Assembly: GCA_949282215.1 (NCBI GenBank)
Contig: CASDPF010000007.1
Span: 13,506 to 77,505 of the forward strand
Reading direction: 5' to 3'
Length of the DNA stretch: 64,000 nt
From: an uncultured bacterium
GTDB lineage: Bacteria; Cyanobacteriota; Vampirovibrionia; Gastranaerophilales; Gastranaerophilaceae
The translations under genes and the position numbers were made by a program. A model generated the notes under the pieces. It was not told the origin of the DNA and did not search any database. It saw only the letters and a program-made list of their open reading frames with translations. Numbering within the stretch: the stretch's first letter is position 1; the number at the start of each line of letters is the position of its first letter. This document shows positions 47,282-54,342 of this stretch, piece after piece.

Positions 47282-48436
47282 TTATTTACAACTTAATTCT
47301 GTAATAATAGTTTTTACGCCGTCCCCGATATTGAATTTATGACCGAGTTTATATAAAGAAGCCTCTAAAGCTCCTACAGAAGCAATTAAATCTCTATCGC
47401 AGACAAACCCAAGTGTTCCCATTCTGAAAATTTTATCTTTCAGTTGATTTTGTCCATTTGCAACAACAATGTCATAATCTTCTTTTAGAGTTTTTCTTAT
47501 ATCAGGCACCGAAATCCCATCAGGCGGGAGAATAGAAGTAATAGCATAGCTTGCATTTGCATCATTTTCTACAAGAAGTTTAAGATTAATTGCACGAAGA
47601 GCTTTTCTTAAAGCCACAGAATGTCTTCTATGACGCTCATTTACATTGTCAATTCCTTCATCTTTAATCATTTTTAGTGCTGTATTAAGCCCTACAATTA
47701 AATTAACAGCAGGCGTAAATGGAGTGGAATTTGATTGAACAGATTTTCTATGAGAAGCCCAATCAAAGTAAAAACTAGGATGCTTACACTGTTCATAAAG
47801 TTTCCAAGCTTTCTCATTAGCAGTGAGAAAAGCCAGACCGGGAGGAATCATAAAACCTTTTTGAGAACCTGAAATAAGTACATCAATCCCCCATTCATCA
47901 GGTTTACAAGGCATAGCACAAACACTTGTCACACCATCTACTACAGATACAGCACCATGTTCTTTTATAATTGAGCATAAAGTCTTAATATCATTTGCAG
48001 CACCGGTCGATGTTTCACTATGAGTGAGAGTAACTATTTTTATCTTTTTTTCTTTATCTTCATCAAGTCTTTGTTTTAGAATTTCCGGATTAATTACTTC
48101 ACCTGCAGGAACTTCAATTTTTTCAACAACAGCACCTCTTGATTCAGCTATTTTAGCCCAACGGTTTCCAAAATTTCCTATGACAAGGCAAAGAACTTTA
48201 TCGCCAACATTTATAAGGTTTTCCAAAGCGGCACACATAGCACCGGTTCCGCTTGATGTAAACATAAATACATCATTTTGAGTTTGAAAAACATATTTGA
48301 GATTAGCATAAACTTCTTCTAAAATAGAGGAGAATTCCGAACTTCTATGTCCTATCGGGTGTTTGGCAATTTCTAACATAACAGATTCCGGAACCGGTGT
48401 AGGACCAGGAATCATTAAAAAAGTTTTATCTTTCAT
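47282..48436 (-). CDS. class V aminotransferase (AGXT/SerC-type; likely the phosphoserine aminotransferase of the operon)
   Basis: MIPGPTP..SGSQKG (PLP lysine). Operon context with serA and serB. Confidence 0.75.
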   Translation of the reverse strand: MKDKTFLMIPGPTPVPESVMLEIAKHPIGHRSSEFSSILEEVYANLKYVFQTQNDVFMFTSSGTGAMCAALENLINVGDKVLCLVIGNFGNRWAKIAESRGAVVEKIEVPAGEVINPEILKQRLDEDKEKKIKIVTLTHSETSTGAANDIKTLCSIIKEHGAVSVVDGVTSVCAMPCKPDEWGIDVLISGSQKGFMIPPGLAFLTANEKAWKLYEQCKHPSFYFDWASHRKSVQSNSTPFTPAVNLIVGLNTALKMIKDEGIDNVNERHRRHSVALRKALRAINLKLLVENDANASYAITSILPPDGISVPDIRKTLKEDYDIVVANGQNQLKDKIFRMGTLGFVCDRDLIASVGALEASLYKLGHKFNIGDGVKTIITELSCK

Positions 48437-48594
48437 AAATATCTCCTCCTATATTAATTATATTGTTATATACATGTACCAATAAGGGATAATTTTTAAT
48501 AAAAGTATATATATTTTTGTAATAAAATATTAAAAGAATTTTTTTTTAAAGATTTATAATTTCATTTTAAGGGAGTTTATAATTAGTTAATAAA

Positions 48595-48655
48595 TATTTT
48601 AATAAATCAAGAATTTATTTAGTTATTAACAAAATTTTTATGTATAATAACCGTA
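48595..48655 (+). promoter_or_regulatory. promoter copy 1 of the PLD genes (TATAAT 48643..48648, 7 nt before ATG; inverted repeat AATAAAT-N5-ATTTATT at 48601..48619)
   Basis: About 62 nt, identical at all but 1 position (by eye) to 51086..51146. No SD between the -10 box and the ATG. Confidence 0.6.
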
Positions 48656-50011
48656 ATGAAAAAGCTGTTTTTATTGATAATATTAATTATATTTTTGGGG
48701 GAATTATCTGTTTCGGCATCTGATAAAAATAATATTGTATCAAAAAATATTAATTCAAATATTCATATATTCTTTGTTAATCCCGTAAATAAGTCAAAAC
48801 CTGCCCGAAGTGGAGATGGTGAGGCTATAAAAGCATTATTAAAATTGATAAATAATGCACAAGAAAGTATTGATTTTGCTATTTATGGAATAAGTAATGA
48901 AGATGAAATTTTTCAAGCATTAATAAACGCACAAAACAAAGGAGTAAACGTTAGGGGTATTGTTGATATGGATAATGAAAAGAAAAATCCATACAAAGAT
49001 ACTTATGATTTACAGAAACAATTAAAAAATATAAAAACAGATTATAAGCAATTAACAGACTTTAAATCTTCTAAGTCTGATTACGTGCAACATGTAACTT
49101 ATAATATAGGTGGGAAAATTATTGAGGCTTCGTTTGTAAATGAAGGTATTAAAGATTACAACGATAAAATAATGCATAATAAATATTTTATTATTGATAA
49201 AAAGATTGTCTGGACTGGATCAATGAATATCAGTAATACTTGTGCAAGTTATAATTCAAATTCAAGTGTTGCTATAAAATCTGAAGAACTTGCTAAAATT
49301 TATACAGAAGATTTTGAGCAAATGTTTTTAAAAAATAAACATCATAGCGAAAAACAAAATAATATAAATACAAAATATATAAATGTTGATAACAATACAA
49401 GAATTATTGCTTTTCTTTTACCGGAAGATAAAGAAACTTATAATATAATTAGCGGTTATATTAATAGAGCTCAAAAATATATTTATGTCCCGATGTTCTT
49501 TTTTACACACACAAAATATTCTCAAGACTTAATTAATGCACGTAACAGAGGCGTAAAAGTAAAAATTATATTAGACGCTACTTCCGCTAGAACTGGCTAC
49601 TCTAAACATGAAATTATGAGAATGGCTGGTATTCCTGTGAAAATTGAAAATTGGGGCGGAAAAATGCATGAAAAATCTCTAATCATTGATGATAAATATT
49701 TATTAATTGGCTCAATGAATTTTACAAGTGGTGCTCATTACCAAAATGATGAAAACAGTCTATTAATTGAAAATAAAGAAATAGCAATAAAATCAAGAAA
49801 AAGGTTTGAAAAATTATGGAAATCAATACCTAATAAGTGGCTATATTCTATTCCAAAACCCGAAGGAATAGATTCAAAATATTCTTGTTTTGATAATATT
49901 GACAATGATCATGATGGTCTTATTGATGCAGATGATCCAGATTGTGCATGTTTTTATAAGGAAAAACAAAATAAATATATTTATAATCAAACAGGCCCTA
50001 TAATTGATTAA
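48656..50011 (+). CDS. exported phospholipase D-superfamily (HKD) nuclease-like protein with C-terminal EF-hand-like loop
   Basis: Signal peptide MKKLFLLIILIIFLGELSVSA|S. Two HxK(x4)D..GSxN motifs (MHNKYFIIDKKIVWTGSMN, MHEKSLIIDDKYLLIGSMN). DNDHDGLIDADD loop. Confidence 0.85.
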   Translation: MKKLFLLIILIIFLGELSVSASDKNNIVSKNINSNIHIFFVNPVNKSKPARSGDGEAIKALLKLINNAQESIDFAIYGISNEDEIFQALINAQNKGVNVRGIVDMDNEKKNPYKDTYDLQKQLKNIKTDYKQLTDFKSSKSDYVQHVTYNIGGKIIEASFVNEGIKDYNDKIMHNKYFIIDKKIVWTGSMNISNTCASYNSNSSVAIKSEELAKIYTEDFEQMFLKNKHHSEKQNNINTKYINVDNNTRIIAFLLPEDKETYNIISGYINRAQKYIYVPMFFFTHTKYSQDLINARNRGVKVKIILDATSARTGYSKHEIMRMAGIPVKIENWGGKMHEKSLIIDDKYLLIGSMNFTSGAHYQNDENSLLIENKEIAIKSRKRFEKLWKSIPNKWLYSIPKPEGIDSKYSCFDNIDNDHDGLIDADDPDCACFYKEKQNKYIYNQTGPIID

Positions 50012-50777
50012 TTAATGAAAGACTTTTATGACTTTTAGTTTCTTTTTTGTTTTTTACATAATTTGCTCGAATTTTTTTTATATTTTCAGGTAATATCATA
50101 TCTTTTAGACACATATTAATATTCCACCCGTATATTTTAGCTTTTTTATCGTTAAATTTTTCATACTCCATAGCTTTAAAAAATAAATTTGGATGATTTT
50201 CATATAAATTCAGCCAATCATTTTGTGATTGATAAAAGCAAAAGTAACAGCCAGAACGCTTACGCCATTTATAATATTCTGGAAGATTTATTCCAACATT
50301 ATACAAAATTTTAAATACATCATCTCGATTTATACAAAATTCTTGAAACGGATATTTTACAATAACCTGCTTATTGCTATTACTTATTCCTCGGCCTAAT
50401 TCATCAGATCTTATGCCAACATAAGTATAAATAATTGTATTTTTATTTTTTCCTAAATATTTTGATTTAATATATTTCTCATAGACTCGAATTTTTAAAT
50501 CTACAGTACACCAACGATTTACAATAGAAGGTAAAAATTTCCTAACATCGTATAAATGCTCAAAAGATTTTTCCGGTTTAAGGACAGTAATTTTTTTGTT
50601 TAAAAATATTTCTATTTTGTTTAAATAATCATAAGTTTCAGGTATCTCTTGCTCTGTATCACAAAAAACGAGTTCTAAATTTTCAAAAATCTCAGGCATA
50701 TTTTCTTTCATAAAGAATGCAAGTGCAGTGGAATCCTTTCCACCAGAGAGTGATAAAATATGATATTCTTTTTCCAT
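49998..50777 (-). CDS. PAPS-reductase-family PP-loop ATPase
   Basis: LSLSGGKDS PP-loop, NRWCT, GIRSDE and RSGCYFCF motifs. Convergent with, and overlapping by 14 nt, the PLD gene. Confidence 0.8.
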   Translation of the reverse strand: MEKEYHILSLSGGKDSTALAFFMKENMPEIFENLELVFCDTEQEIPETYDYLNKIEIFLNKKITVLKPEKSFEHLYDVRKFLPSIVNRWCTVDLKIRVYEKYIKSKYLGKNKNTIIYTYVGIRSDELGRGISNSNKQVIVKYPFQEFCINRDDVFKILYNVGINLPEYYKWRKRSGCYFCFYQSQNDWLNLYENHPNLFFKAMEYEKFNDKKAKIYGWNINMCLKDMILPENIKKIRANYVKNKKETKSHKSLSLINQL

Positions 50778-50809
50778 TAGTTCTCCTTATAATACTTATA
50801 TCAAAAGCA

Positions 50810-50917
50810 GCCCTTCGCTACTTACGCCCCGCCTACGCGTGCCGTGCGTAGCTACGCTGTCTAACAGGCCACTCAAAAATTCCGAGTTTTTGTCAACGCG
50901 GAATTTTCTCGGGAAAC
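50810..50917. other. GC-rich ~108-nt insertion in leader copy 1, flanked by direct repeat AAAAGCA
   Basis: Absent from leader copy 2. AAAAGCA occurs at 50803..50809 and 50918..50924. Contains the palindrome GCGTAGCTACGC and a 9-bp stem AAAATTCCG/CGGAATTTT. Confidence 0.7.
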
Positions 50918-51075
50918 AAAAGCACAGCAAAGCATCTGCTTCACTGTGCTTAAAAACTTTCAGTTACTCCTTGCAAACACATAAATCATCTTTGGATTTC
51001 GCTCAACAAGAGGTGTATCACCATTTACATTATTACTGTAAAATGACAAATACGATTATTACTTAATTTTTTTTT
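50915..51075 (-). promoter_or_regulatory. conserved leader RNA copy 1 upstream of the PP-loop gene (terminator-like hairpin 50950..50921)
   Basis: About 90% identical by eye to 53720..53880. Minus strand reads AGCACAGUGAAGCAGAUGCUUUGCUGUGCU followed by UUUUGU. Confidence 0.6.
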
Positions 51076-51085
51076 AAGATTTTAC

Positions 51086-51146
51086 TATTTTAATAAATCA
51101 AGAATTTATTTAGTTATTAACATAATTTTTATGTATAATAACCGTA
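51086..51146 (+). promoter_or_regulatory. promoter copy 2 of the PLD genes (TATAAT 51134..51139, 7 nt before ATG)
   Basis: Near-identical to 48595..48655, including the AATAAAT-N5-ATTTATT inverted repeat. Confidence 0.6.
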
Positions 51147-51881
51147 ATGAAAAAGATTTTAGCAATTGCATTTATACTAACGACTTTGTCAATTTTACCT
51201 GTATCAGCTTCTGGCGAACATAAGGTAATTAAAATTATTGATGGGGATACTATATATGTTGACTTTAACGATAATGGAATTGCGGAACAAGATGAAAAAG
51301 TTCGAGTCAATGGAATTGATACGTTTGAAACTAAACTCAATGACGGACTAAATTGGCAAATGAAACTATATAACCTTACTCAAGATGAAGCTTTAGGACT
51401 TGGGTATTACGGAAAAGAGTTTGCTAAAAAAGAGCTGCTAAATAAACCAGTAAGAGCTGAATACACCGCAGAAGAAAAGTTTGATAAAAATAATCGACAT
51501 TTGATGTCTTTATACTATGATTGCGATAGACAAGGCAAATGCAAAAGTTACGAACAAGAAGTTTTGAAAGCAGGACTTGCAACAATTTATACAAAATCAA
51601 ACCTTGCAGATAAATTAAAGCCTTATGAGAATACAGATAAAATAAAACAAAATGCTAAAAGAACACATAAATTGAATCTTGTTGTATTAAATTATAAAAA
51701 CGGTAAATATCACAAAACTACTTGTGAATACGCTTTTTTAGCTAGTCAACAAGAGTTAATTAAAAAGACTTCAAAATATATTCCTTCATCTTGTTGTTTT
51801 AATATTCCAGAAAGAAAACAACATAATTATCCACATAAAGACATTAAATTAAATAGAGATATCTCTCTGTATTTTTGTTGA
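51147..51881 (+). CDS. exported staphylococcal-nuclease (SNase)-like domain protein; upstream part of a frameshifted SNase-PLD gene
   Basis: Signal peptide MKKILAIAFILTTLSILPVSA|S. IIDGDTIYVDF..KVRVNGIDTFE is the SNase motif. The ORF ends inside the frame-overlap window 51853..51881. Confidence 0.75.
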   Translation: MKKILAIAFILTTLSILPVSASGEHKVIKIIDGDTIYVDFNDNGIAEQDEKVRVNGIDTFETKLNDGLNWQMKLYNLTQDEALGLGYYGKEFAKKELLNKPVRAEYTAEEKFDKNNRHLMSLYYDCDRQGKCKSYEQEVLKAGLATIYTKSNLADKLKPYENTDKIKQNAKRTHKLNLVVLNYKNGKYHKTTCEYAFLASQQELIKKTSKYIPSSCCFNIPERKQHNYPHKDIKLNRDISLYFC

Positions 51882-51939
51882 CCCTACAAAAAATGAATTT
51901 CCTAAAAATGAATGCTCTTCTCCTAACTGTAAAGCATTA

Positions 51940-52914
51940 TTGAATATTATTCAAAGTGCAAATGATACAATAGATTTTGCTTTATATGGATTTAACGAGC
52001 AAGATGATATTTTAGATGCACTAATCCAAGCACAATACAGAGGAGTTAAAATCAGAGGAGTTGTTGATAAAGATGAAGCTGAGTCCTATTACGACACAAA
52101 AAAATTGTATGAATACTTTGAAAATATAAAAACAGATACAGAAACCTCAATAGCTAAAAAACAACAAGATGAAAAATTTACAAGAGCAAGACACGCTTTA
52201 ATGCATAATAAATTCTTTATTGTAGATGATAAGTACGTCTGGACTGGTTCTACAAACGTTTCATCAAGTTGTATGACACTAAATGCAAATTCCTCTGTAC
52301 TTATAAACTCATCAAAAATTGCAGAACTATATAAAAAAGAATTTGAACAAATGTATATTGGAGAGAGATTTCACGGTAATAAAGAACTAATTAAGAATAA
52401 TGAACATATTAAACTTAATAATGGTGAGACTGATGTATCTGTTTATTTTTCTCCAAAAGCAGAAGCTATCACAAACTATGTGAGACCAATAATACAAAGT
52501 GCAAAAACTTCCATTCATATATCGATGTTTTATTTAACGCATCGAAAAATAGTACAAGATTTAATAGATGCTAAAAATAGAGGAGTAGATGTAAAAATAA
52601 TATTAGATGGCGATTTTGTTGCTGATGGATATTCTCCACATGAAAAATTGCGTGCTGCTAATGTCCCAGTAAAAATAGAAAATTGGAAAGGTCGTATGCA
52701 TATGAAAAATGCAGTTATAGATGGTAAAATTTCTATTTTAGGTTCAACAAATTGGACTTCAACAGCAGAACTTGTGAATGACGAAAATATGCTAATCATA
52801 ATTGATGAAAAAATAGCTAAAGATGTTGAAAATAATTTCCAGAAATTATGGAAAACAATACCGGATAATTGGTTATTTTTAACACCTGAATTCAGAGTAA
52901 AACCTAAAAAATAA
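51940..52914 (+). CDS. phospholipase D-superfamily (HKD) nuclease-like domain; downstream part of the frameshifted SNase-PLD gene
   Basis: MHNKFFIVDDKYVWTGSTN and MHMKNAVIDGKISILGSTN HKD motifs. The frame is open from 51853 and there encodes CIFVDPTKNEF, which aligns with HIFFVNPVNKS of PLD1. Confidence 0.75.
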   Translation: MNIIQSANDTIDFALYGFNEQDDILDALIQAQYRGVKIRGVVDKDEAESYYDTKKLYEYFENIKTDTETSIAKKQQDEKFTRARHALMHNKFFIVDDKYVWTGSTNVSSSCMTLNANSSVLINSSKIAELYKKEFEQMYIGERFHGNKELIKNNEHIKLNNGETDVSVYFSPKAEAITNYVRPIIQSAKTSIHISMFYLTHRKIVQDLIDAKNRGVDVKIILDGDFVADGYSPHEKLRAANVPVKIENWKGRMHMKNAVIDGKISILGSTNWTSTAELVNDENMLIIIDEKIAKDVENNFQKLWKTIPDNWLFLTPEFRVKPKK

Positions 52915-53700
52915 CTAATATATTTCAAGTAAATTCTTAAAATGTGCTTCCTTATCTAGTTTTTTATCGGAATATTTTTTTCTAATAGCCTTTATATTTT
53001 CGGGTTTAATCATATCTTCAAGAGTTATATCTGAACGCCATCCAAAATGTCCCTTTTTGATATTTTTACAATTTTTATATTCATATTCCATTGCTTTTTT
53101 GTATAGTTCCGGGTGATGTTCATATAAATTTAACCATTCTAATTTTGATTGATAAAAACAGAAAAAACAACCTGAACGAGATTTCCATCTCATGTATTCA
53201 GGAAAACCAATTCCTGAGTTATTTAAAATATCATATATATCTTTCTTGATTAAACCATCCTCAACAAATAAAAACTTTTCTTTTATGTATGGTTTATTGC
53301 TTGTTGCCGTTTTAACTCTTTGAGGTTCATCTGCTCTAATACCTATATATAAGTTAATATACTTACAATTTTCATTATTTATAATACTTTTAAACATATT
53401 TTGAATAGTTTTTGTTTTTAATTCTACGGTACACCAACGATTTTGAGGTGTTGGTAAAATATTACGTGTTTCATAAATATGCTGAAAACTAACTGGAGGT
53501 TTTAATCTTGTAATTTTTTTGCCCAAAAATATTTCTAATTTATTCAAGTAATCATATAATTCTGGTAATTCAAGTTCTGTATCACAAAAATAGTATTGAA
53601 TTTCTTTATGAATATTAGGATAGTTCTCTTTTATATATAAAGCCAATGCTGCTGAATCTTTACCACCAGAGAGAGATAAAATATGATATTCTTTTTCCAT
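52915..53700 (-). CDS. PAPS-reductase-family PP-loop ATPase (paralog of 49998..50777)
   Basis: LSLSGGKDS, NRWCT, GIRADE and RSGCFFCF motifs. Its stop codon abuts the PLD2 stop codon. Confidence 0.8.
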   Translation of the reverse strand: MEKEYHILSLSGGKDSAALALYIKENYPNIHKEIQYYFCDTELELPELYDYLNKLEIFLGKKITRLKPPVSFQHIYETRNILPTPQNRWCTVELKTKTIQNMFKSIINNENCKYINLYIGIRADEPQRVKTATSNKPYIKEKFLFVEDGLIKKDIYDILNNSGIGFPEYMRWKSRSGCFFCFYQSKLEWLNLYEHHPELYKKAMEYEYKNCKNIKKGHFGWRSDITLEDMIKPENIKAIRKKYSDKKLDKEAHFKNLLEIY

Positions 53701-53880
53701 TCGTTCTCCTTATAATAAGCTACACAAAAGCACAGCAAAGCATCTGCTTCACTGTGCTAAAAACTTTCAGTTACTCCTTGCAAACACGAAAATCATCTAT
53801 GGATTAAAGCTTAACAAGAGGTGTATTACCTTTTACATTATTACTGCAAAATGACAAATATGACTATTACTTAATTTTTT
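53701..53880 (-). promoter_or_regulatory. conserved leader RNA copy 2 upstream of the PP-loop gene (terminator-like hairpin 53758..53729, U-run 53728..53723)
   Basis: Minus strand reads ..CACCUCUUGUU..UUGCAAGGAGUAACUGAAAG..AGCACAGUGAAGCA-GA-UGCUUUGCUGUGCU-UUUUGU, then 20 nt later AAGGAG-N6-ATG. Confidence 0.6.
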
Positions 53881-54031
53881 TTTAAGGTTTTACAATTTTC
53901 TCTTTTTACTAATTAAAAAAAAGAATTCCAATCTGCACCTTTAAAATTCCAAAAAGAGAATTTAGGAGATATTTTAATAAAAATTGGTAAAAATTAAGTT
54001 TAAAAATTTCTCTAAATAAAATTACATATCG

Positions 54032-54057
54032 AAAACCGCCCACACTGGGCGGTTTTT
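54032..54057. terminator. bidirectional intrinsic terminator downstream of tRNA-Ser
   Basis: AAAACCGCCC-acact-GGGCGGTTTTT. Confidence 0.75.
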
Positions 54058-54100
54058 CAAAATTATATCTTCACCAACTCCTAATCTTTATACTAAAAAA

Positions 54101-54189
54101 CGGAGTAATAGGGATTTGAACCCTAGATGCAGGATAACCCACATAACACCTTAGCAGGGTGCCGCCTTCAGCCACTCGGCCATTACTCC
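54101..54189 (-). tRNA. tRNA-Ser (anticodon GCU)
   Basis: Minus strand reads GGAGTAATGGCCGAGTGGCTGAAGGC..GCACC-CTGCTAA-GGTGT, then a long variable arm, then AGGGTTCAAATCCCTATTACTCCG. Confidence 0.85.
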
Positions 54190-54197
54190 ATTTCTGT

Positions 54198-54226
54198 TAT
54201 TTATTTGTCATGCTGAAACAGTTCAA
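54198..54226 (-). promoter_or_regulatory. candidate promoter TTGAAC-N17-TAAATA for tRNA-Ser
   Basis: Read on the minus strand. The -10 box ends about 8 nt before the tRNA 5' end. Confidence 0.4.
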
Positions 54227-54342
54227 CATCAACCATATTTCTAATATAACATAAATATTTTTTTTCGTAAACGGTTTTATTTTATTTTTTTCAAGCTATA
54301 ATATTATTATTAATATAAATGCGTTTTATGAAAGGTTTTTTT

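Noticed and set aside
50839-51066. 75-aa ORF (MPCVATLSNRPLK..) covering the GC-rich insertion and leader copy 1
   Set aside because: It has a non-ATG start and no SD. Half of it is absent from the paralogous copy 2. The shared half is conserved at nucleotide level, including the hairpin, which is not a coding pattern.
50778-51080. Retron msr/msd or type III toxin-antitoxin RNA upstream of the PP-loop genes
   Set aside because: There is no reverse transcriptase gene, no flanking a1/a2 inverted repeats, and no tandem direct repeats of the ToxI type. Only a single hairpin-terminated leader is present.
48437-54230. Integrated mobile island at tRNA-Ser(GCU), with integrase and att repeats
   Set aside because: There is no integrase, recombinase or transposase ORF. 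I found no convincing direct repeat of the tRNA 3' end at the far boundary (only a weak AATA(A)GGGAT resemblance near 48490). The idea is kept only as a context remark.
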